A stretch of 58,456 nt of DNA, filler included, from Sphacelaria rigidula (Eukaryota): assembly GCA_964200075.2 (NCBI GenBank). It is 7 parts of 7 records of this genome, joined end to end, with 100 filler letters (N's around TTAATTAATTAA, not from the genome) between each part and the next. Parts side by side here need not be neighbours in the genome. Positions count along the whole stretch, not along the records: positions 41,830 to 50,093 come from CAXNAA020011727.1; positions 50,194 to 58,456 come from CAXNAA020011728.1; 5 more parts are not named here. One strand, given 5' to 3'. Below are positions 47,009 through 58,456 of this stretch, piece by piece; the stretch's first letter is position 1, and each line of letters begins with the position of its first letter. Under the pieces are notes generated by a model. The model had not been told where the DNA came from. It made no database searches and was given only the letters and a program-made list of their open reading frames with translations. The position numbers and the translations under genes are program-made.

Positions 47009-48193
47009 TCAGCAAGCTAGGCTGAAGTCTACGGTCGTTGGAGGAAGTGGCAAGCGGGAGAGGTCAGCATTCCCTTTGGTTTTGCCTGGGTGGTGTTTGA
47101 CGGTATACTGATAAGCTGTCAGAAACTTCAACCAGCGTTGTACACGCGGATTGTGTTCGCCAACCTCAGCGAGTTGTTCCGGTGCTCCGTGATCCGTGTA
47201 AATATGGAAAGGCACGTCGAGCAAATATTGTCGAAGGCACATTATAGCCCAAGTGATGACCCCGCCTTCCAACTCCAGTGGGCTTCCGTTGGCCTCGTTT
47301 GGCAGGGTGGCACGTCTGATATGAAGAATGGGTCGAGCAGAGCCATCAAGTTGAGGTTGATTGAGAACCGCGCAAAACCCGTCGGTGCTGGCGTCTATGT
47401 GCATTTGAAAGAGGCGACAGCCGTCTTTCACCGCCTCCCAGTCTGGAAAACAGAGACCCTTTTTTTCGGTAAGTGTTTTCAATAAAGCGCAAACGATAGC
47501 TTCCATGTCTTTGATGAAGACAAACGCGGCGCCTTTTTCAAGCAAGTCTGTAATGGGACGAATAAGTTTGGACACATTAGTAGGCAGGAATTTCCGATAG
47601 TAAAACAGCTCAACCAACAATAAGCAGAGCTGGGAAATGTTCGTAGGCATCGGAATTTCAGTCACTGCTCTGACTTTGTTGGCAACCGGGTGCAAGCCCG
47701 CCTGTGAAATGGAATGTCCCAGAAAATGCCATTTGGTCGCACCAAGGCGAGCTTTGGATGGGGACAGTTTCAAATCGAGCGTCCGTAAGCGCGAAAGACA
47801 CTCTCGTAAGGTACGTACATGCGCAATAGGGGAGGCATCGAAGGCGATAGCATCGTCCAAGTACATGATCACGAGTTCGAACTTCTCTGTGACGCGTTGC
47901 ATTAATTGTTAGAAATAACCCGGTGTGGTGGCGGCGTCTTGTGGCATACAAAGCCATTCGTAGAGCCCGGGAGATGTACAGAACGCCGTACATGTAACTG
48001 TGTCAGGGTAAATGGCATTCTTGGAAAATCCAGAGGCGAGGTCGAAGGTATTGAATATTTTGTCTTCGGTTAGAAACTCGAAGACTTCATCGATGCGAGG
48101 AATCGGAATCTTCCCCACGACAGTGACGCGATTTAGCCATTCATAACTGACGGTGACGCGTATGTTTCTATCCTTTTGGGGGGCCACAACCAC
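47009..48193 (-). pseudogene. pol: Reverse transcriptase / RNase H of the Gypsy element, interrupted
   Basis: ORFs 47909-48193 and 47009-47902 are in the same frame, separated by a TAA. They carry the YLDD and DAS motifs. Confidence 0.9.
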
Positions 48194-51100
48194 GAGTGAC
48201 GCCCATGGAGAAGGCGAGTGTTGGATTAAACCGGCACCTCAGTATGCATCTCAAATGGCGTTAACTATTTTGGTAAGGATGGGGTTTGTCCGATACGATC
48301 GAGAAGAGATTGGCGAAACGCCGGGTTGGAGTGTGATTTCGAAGGGCAGCATTTTGCAATGCCCAAGATCCGTTTTGGATCGAGAAAATCGCTCTTGGTA
48401 CTTCAATACAACATTGCTCAATTCTTTGATTACAGCGGGTTCCCGACCGGGCCCATGTGAGCCAAAGTTGAAATAACGCAAATGGGGTGGAAGTTGATTC
48501 CACATATGCAAAAAACTCTTCCGAAAATCTGGTGATGGGCGTCGGAGCCGCTCATCAGGAGGGCCTGAAATTGACCGAGCAGGGTCCACAGTGTAAACCT
48601 GTGATGGAGACGAAGAGTGGAGATCCAAATATGGCTCATCGACGCAATTGACAGAGCGGTCTCTCTGGAGCGCAGGAGTAGACGCCGAGGGTACAGTTAC
48701 GCATATCTCGCGTGAAATGTGCATTTGGGGAGTAGCGGCGAGGCCTAAAGCATCACCGGGTTCCAAGTTACCGTGATCCATGAGGGGTAGGAGTTGTTTT
48801 CCTGCTGCGACGAAGTTCTCGGTGCCGGCAGGCGCAGCAACCCGAGGAAGCATTTCGGCAAGGTGATGTTCCATGCCATTTCGGCGAACGAGTGCAACTT
48901 CTAGCAGTTGAGGGTCATCGGAGAGGGTAACACCAGAACTACGATCGTATCGTAGGTGGTAAGAAGTTCCGGTAGGTTGTTCATTGTTTTATCGGCCAAG
49001 GCGTCATGAAGAGTACCGAAGTGTTCAAGGCTGACTTCTCCACGAGGTGTAGACTATAGTGATAGTGGTGGTAGAGTGTGGTAAGTGCGTTGGTCAAACC
49101 GCATGTAAATAGCTCTGCCCAGTAGCAAGGCGTGGGCCATGATGCTGTCGGAGAAAACATTATGCCCGAACTGCAAGGCTGGTAGAACGAGTTGTATTGT
49201 GAAATAATTGCACACTGAGACGTACTGATTTTCGTGTAGTCAAGGGTGCGGTGGAGTCACCAGAACCGCCCCATAAAGGAGGCTGGGTGGTGATTCCGCA
49301 AGCTGCTGAAGCAGTGGCAACCCGTTCCATGTGTTCCGACCTCGGTTCACAATTAAATGTTTGTGGACTGCCACTATCTAAAGAGACACATTTGGCAGGC
49401 GTAGTGGCGTAAGGATCATAATGGATCGCCTCGCGAATAGAAAAAGTGGCAGGATCAACAGACATCTTACTTCCGACAAGTTCCGGACCATGTTCAGCCA
49501 AGGTCAATTGATCGGGGTCAGCAGTACTGACGGCGAAAACGGACGGCGGATGATCCGCCGGTGGGTCAGATTTCTCACCAGAAAGTATGGTGGATGGTGT
49601 GTGATCCCTAGGGCTAGCACAGCTCGACTGGTCATTAGCAATTTCATAGATGACCGTCTGAAGTGGATCATTGCTGTTCGATGCTAGGGTCGTCCATGGA
49701 AGGGGCAGAAACATTAGAAGCATCTGGTTTGGATTCTTCTGTGATGCCTGATAAAGTTGTCGAGCTCAAAGTCATCGCATTTTGGAGAAAATGAGGGCGA
49801 CATTTTCCGCTCGAGGGAGGTGTACGTGTTCATGCGTGCGCTACCGTGGGAGCATGTTCACGGGGCCTTCTCTCTCGCCGTGACAAGGGGCGAGGAACTT
49901 CCAAAGTGTTTGGGGAAACCACAACTGCGTCCAGTTGGGTGGATGGGGTCAGCATCGGGGTATGCTCGGCGAAACTTGTGGACTTTCCGTTGGCAAGCTT
50001 GGCTAAGGAGTCATGGCCGAATGTACATTAAACAACAAATTGTGCGAATTGAGGTTTAACTTTGAGATGAGGTTCAAGCATAAAACAGTGCTTNNNNNNN
50101 NNNNNNNNNNNNNNNNNNNNNNNNNNNNNNNNNNNNNTTAATTAATTAANNNNNNNNNNNNNNNNNNNNNNNNNNNNNNNNNNNNNNNNNNNNTCTGCCA
50201 CTATATGACTCCTGCTCTCTATTGCTTTGCCACAGGGGCATTTCGGGGGGGGGGGGGGTAAGTGTACCCGTTAAATATAATTAATCCCCTGACACGAAAC
50301 GAAGGTTGTCAGTATGATGAGCTGGGCTCCACCGCCACGATCAGGTAGGTGTCCATAATGAGAATTTCGGCTAGTTTTTTGTAGCGGGGCTCGCCCAGCA
50401 CGTTTTATAAACAGCATAGACGGCAATGTGTTCCGTGAGCTGGGATTCATGATCCCCTTTCCCCCTCCCTCCCCTCCTCCCCTCTCCCCCAACGTAAATT
50501 CCGGGCACTCAAAGATTGTGAAGTACAGCACAACACAATATCCCGCAGTACTTAGCTAGTTTAGTATGAGTCTCAATCGATCGGTGATGCGCTTCTTCTT
50601 GTTCTGCATTACGGTACATACACCCTCTACTTGCGTTGGTAAACCCGTTTTCGTGATGAATGCAGCCCAGCACAGACGGTAGCTCACTGTGCCCCGAGAC
50701 ACCGGCCTCGTTGGCGATGAACAGATCCGAGCCGAAAAGGATAGTGTCTTGTGTCTACTTCCTTCAATCGTTGCGAACCTGTCGGAGTTTTAGCAACAGG
50801 TTTACGCCAAAAGCTGGCTTCTTTGTATGCTCAGCAGCACATTGGTTCCTTGCGCCAGCACAAGTAGCGTGCTCATCGGTGGATGCCATTCATCCAGAGA
50901 AGAAAAGGTATCAACCTCGATCTCATCACTAAAATCGTTTCTCTTCAAATTTTGCACCACAGTCTTCTTGAGCACGCTGCTTGCAGTTGCTGTGTGCCGC
51001 GTGAAAGCAGCCATGCGATGCGATGATATGCTGTTGGTATCTCTAGGCCGGTGGCTCCTCGCATGCGCAGTTTCTCCCCACAGACTGTCGCATGTGTTCA

Positions 51101-51805
51101 GTCATTATGCTTGTAAGCACGGCGCTCGTAAAAGGTGGCGAGCTGGGAGCACAAACATGGGTGGTGTGTTTCGGATTTTTCGATTCGTCCGTGCTCCCAA
51201 AACACAAATATTTACACAATGCCCACTACTCAAACTCAACGTGGAATCCTCGACGGAGCTTACCCCCCGGTGCTCCGTCTCGAAAGGGATGCGTGGTCAA
51301 TGGTCAAACGACTAAGGCAAGCTACAAATGAGTACGCCCCCCCGCCCGCCCGCCTCCTGAGTTTCCCACAGACTTCAAGATCCCTATGCTCAGTTATTGT
51401 GTGTGAAGGCGCGCCATCAAGCGGTGATTGTTTTTTACTACGACCAAATAGTTGATTTCAAGACACCAGCCCATCTCTCCCCCAGTGCACGCCTTACATT
51501 TTGGTATCGCGGATTGGATCATGACCATCACCATCGCCACTACTCCCGTAACGCGTTGGTTGTTGGCTGAGGGCGAAAACGTGAATGTTTATTGATGAAT
51601 GTTTTCTCGGTTTATGTTTGACCGCTCTGCGCGCATACGCTCGCATGTTTCCGTCGTGAGTACAGTACACCCCTCCTTGTTCAAGAGAATTGCTCAAACA
51701 TTTCCCGCACAGCACAAGCACGGTACATGCTCACAATCCATCAACCAAATGGAACTGCAGGATCGTGGCGCTTCGGGATCTGATTCGGCATGCACACTTA
51801 CATAC

Positions 51806-51902
51806 GTACAGTACAGTACAGTACAGTACAGTACAGTACAGTACAGTACAGTACAGTACAGTACAGTACAGTACTGTACATATACATACATACATACATA
51901 CA
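51806..51902. repeat. (GTACA)n pentanucleotide microsatellite of about 13-14 copies, followed by (TACA)n
   Basis: Read directly from the sequence. Confidence 0.95.
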
Positions 51903-52055
51903 GAAGTACATATATGCGTGCGAGTATGCACATGTGCTCCGAGTACACTGGGGATAAAATCAGCAAAACAGCACGATCTCAGAGCATGACACATGACATA
52001 CCACTAGCAGCCGATTCATGCATTCTATTCGATACAACCGACAGCCTGTACTTGC

Positions 52056-55000
52056 CTGGCACCGTTCTCCTCCGCGATGAGTGCATCTCCCTCACACACT
52101 TGGCCCCTGTCCTCCCCATTGAACGACACGCCTTGCAAAACTTTTTTCACGCCGTTGTATGCGTTGAGCCGAGATATGGTTTCCTGCCCGATATAGCAGC
52201 CCTGAGCATCAAGTACGCGTCAATGGTAATGTATTGGAGCAGCAGCAACGTTAGGGTGCAGAGTAAAATACATACTCCCATGACATGACCAAGCTTGTGA
52301 TGGTGATGAGAAGGAGAGGTTCTCACATAAATACTTTAACCCTTTTGGAACTAACTGGTGGTAGAAAATTGATGATTCGCAATTGATGGTTTTTCAACAA
52401 GATATGGTTGATTATTCACAGCATTCTCAAAACATATCCGCCACCTAATGATGCAGCCCACCACAACGGTGCTTCACTCTTCAACAATTACTGATATACG
52501 GATGTGCCGAGTCGGAGCCCGACACCTCTTGCTATTTCTTCAATAGCGAGATTCATTGCGTGTTTGTGGATTTTTGTCGATGCATACAAATAGACACAAC
52601 GCACCCTATCTCTCCGGAGGCGACATTTTTCGTGTACCCGTGGCGTGTGCTGGTGGATTCTTCTGCGATATTTCACAGTTAAATGGTTGTCGTCTTGTCA
52701 GGGCTTGGCATAATGATAATGTGGCGTCTAGCCCGGGGACGGGAGGGGAGGGGAGGGTTCCCAAAGGGCTACGGTATATGGAGGCCACAGCACCATGAAA
52801 ATCTAGTACGAAGTGCACTACGGAAATTCCCATAGCCCTCGTGTACCTCACCATATGGAGACTGTGAGGGTTGGGTCAGACAGTAGAGGGTGCACATGGC
52901 CACAGCAGAGAGGAATTTCGTTCTGTAGAAGCAAATAAGTTCGTCGAGAGAAGCACGTGGGGATGGCTAACTCTTCATTTTGGTCGTAACGACAGGAGCA
53001 CGACTGCGGGGCAGGGGAGTATCAGAATATACATACTGCGACGAATACATTACCCTTACCCACCCGTTCCCTTTTTCGTGTCTGTACTGCCCCAAAAAAG
53101 CATCGTTGGAACCCGAGGGGAGGGTACCAGTCGTACCTCCAACCTTCAGGCTTTACCTTGTCAAAATGCACAGAATGCCACAATCCTGCCTCCAGTGGAT
53201 TGTACTCGTTGGTTAGCTCCTTACCCGGAAAGGGCAACCCTGCCAAAACATTATGGGAGCGGCGACCACACGAAAAGTGGCGAATGAGAGAATAAAGATA
53301 CAGCGGCTATGACTGTGCATTAATTGCAACGACACAAAGCAGCGATCATCCCCACACGTCGTGGCTTCGCGTGGCCAATGCACAGTGGGAAAATCTCTGC
53401 TGCAGCACTGCAGGCAATCAGTGTAGCTCCGCGCATGAAAGGCAGACACGCTACCGCTACCGCTACCGCCATTAAAAAAAAAAAAACATCATTGCGCTAG
53501 CTTGTGTCGACAGTAATCAAGCAAGGAGGAGGGTCTCTCACACACGTGAAAGCTGACTACGACACCCCCGCTCTCGGCGCTTGCCTTGCTTTATCCTTAG
53601 ATGTTGCCAATCTTCCTCCCCTGCAACGACCACGTCAGGTAGTTCCGACAAAGCCGACCACAGCTTTGCTGACGCGGCCCACGGCGCCACGACAGTGAAA
53701 TCCGCCACTATTCCTTGGGAAGAGGCATCACCGTGATTCTCTCCTTCAATCCCCGGTGTCTTCGTCGCGATTGATCGCGAGTGTCCCAGAACAACCACCT
53801 TGAACATGATAATGGGTATGGAGGTGCCCAACATGAACATGCTCCACAAATCAGTTTCACGTGAAACGTGGCTGGGGAACTAAGCTGCTCTACGAGCAAT
53901 CACTTTCCTACCCCGACCCCGGAAAACTTGCAATGCTGTCCGAACAGAAAGGAGCCACTAGAACAGTAAACAGCCACTAAAACAGTAGCCCACTGATGCG
54001 AGCCTTTCGTAGCAGCAGCTGAAACAGAGCAACGCAACAGAGTTTGCACACACTTGGCACAAGAAAGGCGGCAACAACTCTGTATGGCCCACCTTAAAGA
54101 CGCGCGGTTTTTTAGATACAGTACGTCGTACAGTATACCTTTCGACCCTCGAATTTCCATTCCGCTGCATTGCCAGCTTTTGGGCTGGCGTTGCAGCCGG
54201 CGAGAGATAGAGACTTGGCGGCCTCAGGTCCGGTGAGGAAGAACACAGCTAGCTCCTCTGACAAGCTCGACACCGTTGTCCTATACTTCACATGATGATA
54301 TGTCGAGACGCGGTGCGTGGGGAAGACGGAGAGCGGAGCAGATTGCATGACGTACAGCACCCGGCTCTCACGCTTACCCTTACCTCACCGAACTCAGAGC
54401 AGGACATCTTTGTCGCTCAGAGAACATGAGAAGCAAGCACGCGTAACATTTTTCTGTAAGAAAGGTTGTACTACTGCATTTCTCTATACCGCATAGGGCC
54501 GTCTACAAAAAACGAATAGGCCCGCAGCAGACGGAGCTGAGGGATGGAGTTAACAAGACGCCTTCATGGCATAAAGCCACACCCGAAGCTAGTCAATGGT
54601 GCGGTGCCAGCGTGCAAACTCCGTGCACAGTAACCCCGTCTTACAAGTGTGTAGCATCCCACAAGCTGAAAACTGGACTTAGCGATACCTGAACACATAC
54701 AAACTACCGTACGCCGCACTCACTTGTCCATGGGGAATATAAATTTGTCCATATTTGAGAGTAATTTCTCCCACCGATGCGGCGAGCTGAGCAGCCAAAC
54801 CTCGTCATCAAGGACCACTCCCTCGCAAAAGTCCACTACCCTGCCCACGTTTGTCGTGAAGCAGGTGGGTACAGCCGTACCTGTCGAGAAGAAACGGCAA
54901 GAACAGCGCTCCATTTCACGTTGCGGCAAATGCACCGTCTCGAACCCAGACGCCTCACAGCGACAGCCGACGCGTCTGAAGTCAACTAGCCTATTTCTGC

Positions 55001-55591
55001 TCATGTGAGCATGGTCTGTCTGCCTAAGAGGATACTTCTGTTTCCTCGTGCACTTGAATTCACACGCATCGTGGTACGCCATGTTGGATGAATCTTTCAT
55101 TGCAGCGCGACCGCATGTCTTTCGCAACAAAAGGCTAGCGGCGCCTCAAACAGCGGGGCCTCTGCAGTAAGAAGACAAAATCAAGAAGAGACCGCCGGCT
55201 ATCAGCATCTGAACAGGATTGATGCATTACGCAATCATATAACCAAAGATCCACCTCACGACTAAACGTCCAGCAGCACAACAGCCACGTATAGCAGCAG
55301 GCCGGTATGTCTCAAGGCAAGGTCGTTGCCGGTATGCCTCAAGGCTCCATTAACAATCCACTGTAACAATGAGACCAGCATGCATACCCTTGCTCGCGCC
55401 GTCGAAGGCGTTCGTTCCTTGGCTGTGCAAAAACCGCATCCGGTCGTGTCCTTGTACACAGATGACACCGTAGTGCGACTTGTCCACCAACAACGTTCCG
55501 CAGTCGACGGCTTGTTCTACTTTCTCCGCGCGAAGCTCTCCAGGAAGTCCCGCCTCGAATCCAGATATTAGAACGTTTTCGCACTTGTGGC
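52056..55591 (-). CDS. ygfZ: YgfZ/GcvT-like folate-binding aminomethyltransferase-family protein, partial; exons ~55388-55591, 54724-54880, 54139-54280, 53585-53798, 53157-53239 and ~52056-52201
   Basis: LVDKSHYGVICVQGHDRMRFLHSQGTN; TCFTTNVGRVVDF; DKFIFPMDK; LTGPEA; WQHLRIKQG-LPFPGKELTNEYNPLEAGL; and the family signature FDK-GCYIGQETISRL. Exon phases are consistent. The first and last exons are unresolved. Confidence 0.88.
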
Positions 55592-56357
55592 CTAGCGGGC
55601 GGACAGTTGGGGTGGGGTGCCTGCTTTCACGAGGCGGAAATAGAGGCAGCGTACTCGAAATTTCGAGCGTTTTTTGCCCGGAACGACATGTGGTGCTCAC
55701 CTAAACTTGAGCCTTCCCGTAGTCTTTGCTATAGTACCTCGAGAAACGGCAATCCCCAGTATGATTGAGCGAGTTTTCTGGTGCAACAATGGGCGTGCTT
55801 GATTTAATGGAGCCACTCTGTCAAGTTATGGTGTCTTTACCAACTAACTTAGCGTCTTTACCGACTAACTTTATGTTTGCTCGGGCGGCTTACTTGACAA
55901 ATGTTTAGTTTGCGCTCGCATGAGTACTTGCTTGACTAGAGGATTGGTATGTATCTTTGCACATTTCAATTCTTCGCGTGAATTCAGACGTGTGGAATCG
56001 GCGTTTACGGGCACCCTGATCTTTTCATGTTCAGCGAGCCACTATAAAAATATTTTCGTGAAGCATTTCCCTGTCAGCTTGCCCAAGGCCTCGTCATATG
56101 TCGACATTTAGTCATAAACCGCGGCGCGTCTTCCGGCAGCAGCTTTGGCGGAACCGATCTGTATCCTGATCATGTTGGAATCCACGTCATTGCCGGCTAT
56201 CTTATTGGTGTTTTGGGTGAAATAGTGGCGATGGTTTTGACTTCTTGCGACCTTTCTCACCCAGGGTAGCCACGGATAGTGCCACGCAACGGGAGCAAAG
56301 AGCGCACGGTGCTGCTGTAGGCAGATATGCAAAACCATGAACCCAGATGAAACATTA

Positions 56358-56918
56358 CAAGGTTGTGTTCTGTAGGGTATGATATTCCTTACAGAACTGC
56401 CAGAAATATCGAGTACCGGTATGAAAGTCTTACAGAAATTACAAACTGACGGGTACCGGTTCGAAAGTCGTACAGAACTTACAGATATTCTCGGGTACGA
56501 TATGGGAGGCTTACAGAAAAACCGTACCGACAATCAGGTATTTCTGTAAGGGCATACCCGCGCTCCGGGTACGGGTAGACATTCTGTACAGAACTCACAG
56601 AATTATCGGGTAAGGGTATAGGAGGTTTGCAGAACTCACAGAAACTGTCGGGTATGGTATGGAGGTTGCACAGGAAACCGCACCCGCAACCGGGTATCTT
56701 ACCGAGAAGAGAATACCCGTGCCCCCCGGTAACGGTACAGTAGGCCTACAGAACTCACAGAACGATCGAGTAAGGGTATGAGAGTCTTACAGAGATTACA
56801 GAACTGTCGGGTACCGGTATGAAAGTCTTACGGAAGTCACACAACTGTCGGGTACGGTGTACACCCGGCAAAATATCCCGGGTCTACAGAAAACCGACTC
56901 CTACAGAACACAAGCTTG
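56358..56918. mobile_element. Intact 561-bp hAT-like MITE of the same family as 2301-4241
   Basis: TIRs CAAGGTTGTGTTCTGTAGG and CCTACAGAACACAAGCTTG. The 8-bp TSD is AAACATTA / GAACATTA. It has many internal ACAGAAC…TCGGGTA repeats. Confidence 0.8.
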
Positions 56919-58456
56919 GAACATTAATCGTTATCTCCGACTTGTGCCGTTCTTCACTTGAATTTTTGTGTGCTGTAAAGTTGAATTTTCCCGTTCCTCA
57001 GGAGGAAGGGTGGGGTGGGGGGCTAGCCATGTCATCCACAATTTGCAAGTATCATTGCGTTGTGCCCCGGTGTCGGACAGTTTCAGATCCCTGGATGACT
57101 GACAACCAATCTACATCAATGAAGGAGGGGGTACTGTACTCGAGTTGTTTTCATCTGAAACAGGAGATTTTTGTGATTTTTCCGTAGCCGGTGGTTTTCA
57201 ATGTTTTCTCGCGTGCCACCGCTCATCCTAGCGACCGGTTGATCCTAACGTTTGGGAGTGGGGAGATACTAGGCATCCACTCCACATTCCGAAACAAAAA
57301 TCGTGTCTGTGCTCAATAGTGAACGACCCCCGAGCTGAATCGACAGGGGGTGTTTGTGTCCGTTTTTGGTCGAAAACACATTTCGTTTCGACTCAAGCGC
57401 AATGAATGGGTACAAATGGAAAATAAAGATTCATAAAATCATTCATGAGAGTGATCGGAATTACTTCACCCCCGCCTATGCTTTACAGAGCTAGCTCGGT
57501 TGGGTAATTTCCGCTTTTGGGTACTTTCCTGGGGTTTTCTCGTGTAGTATCCATCCTTGGCGATTAAAATCCCTAGCGGCGATAGATATTGGGGAGAGGA
57601 GCAGGTCGTGCTCAGGACACCACTAATTGGTGTTGTCGGGGTGATACGGAGTAAGTACCTTGTTCATCAGGGGAGTGTTATCGGCCGTCACTGGTCCAAG
57701 AAACACGGCTGTCACTGGTCCAAGAAACACAAGTTTTTTGCTCTAGCGCAATAAATAGGAGAATATTCCAAAATCTCTATCCTTTTCACTTGTTCACGTA
57801 AACGATTGGGATTTGCTTCAATCGAGCAAGAATACTCAAGGGTCAGAGCCTGAGGCTGGGTACTCTCGGGACCCCCGAAAACCGGTCAGCCCGTAAGCCG
57901 ATCAATAATGAGCGCAGATGTGATCTTATTTCGAACTGTGGAGGGGATTCCTAGTATCTCCCCATCCCCAAACGTTGGGATCAAACGTTTACTGGGATGA
58001 GCGGTGGCGCGCGAAATCACTTTCGAGTATCCCCAACTACAAAAAAACGACGAAAATGCCCTATTCAGATGTTAGCTACTGTATAGTATACAAAACTGTA
58101 CAGGATAAATTCGTATCGCCACGAGGCGTGTTGAGTGATTTTGGCCTTTTCTGGTGCGTTACCTTGCCGGCGCATGAGACACGTCCAGCACATGCAAAAC
58201 CAGTACATGAAGAATCGCTCTTCAATTCAAAGAAAACAGTATCTACTAGAGGTAGACAGGTAGGCCTCTACAGCACAGGATCATACCACACGGGTTGAAC
58301 TAGCTCAACCAAGATCTCGAGGATCATGCTGCGGTGAAAGACAAAACACGGCCGGTCACACATAATGCAACTTCCCCCCCCCCCCCCCCCCCCCCCAACC
58401 CAAACACCAAAAAAACCAAAAAAACGACAAAAAACCCCCACACCCAACAAACAAAA

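Larger units (their letters stand above)
44610..50093 (-). mobile_element. Decayed Ty3/Gypsy LTR retrotransposon internal region (PR-RT-RNaseH-IN)
   Basis: Protease LDSGS (ORF 49160-49723). RT motifs IPIPRIDE, DLASGF, LYEWLCMP and YLDD (47009-48300). RNase H HIDAS…LE…IYTDH. Integrase FYWW…CFKC…DYFGP…TDRFS…SDNG…GNGGTE (45305-46021). The domain order is diagnostic of Gypsy; there are several frameshifts and stops. Confidence 0.93.

Noticed and set aside
51599..52288. 229-aa plus-strand ORF and overlapping YSTVQ/YCTVL ORFs
   Set aside because: These arise from the (GTACA)n microsatellite and the antisense shadow of a YgfZ exon.

Overview
This is eukaryotic, intron-rich, repeat-rich DNA of roughly balanced GC. 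It is most consistent with a brown alga or related stramenopile; that is an inference from gene content and intron style, not a taxonomic search. The window is not one locus. It is seven contigs of 8267, 8267, 8266, 8265, 8264, 8264 and 8263 bp, in descending length order, joined by 100-bp N spacers that carry a TTAATTAATTAA six-frame stop linker, so neighbourhoods across gaps mean nothing. Supported genes: exon 1 of epsilon-tubulin; a 5-exon partial DNAJB13/RSP16-like J-protein head-to-head with a 5-exon partial DEAD-box helicase; a complete 3-exon FKBP-type PPIase with a C-terminal transmembrane helix and a KTKEL tail; and a partial YgfZ/GcvT-like folate-binding protein with at least one GC-AG intron. 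There is also one unassigned 429-aa ORF. Mobile DNA includes a decayed Ty3/Gypsy element, PIF/Harbinger-like and hAT-like MITEs, two tRNA-headed SINE families and a 63-bp minisatellite. The best novelty candidate is a 1.9-kb composite hAT-like element in the tubulin intron that appears to carry a captured coding-like cargo (Pack-type). I found no convincing new multi-gene system.
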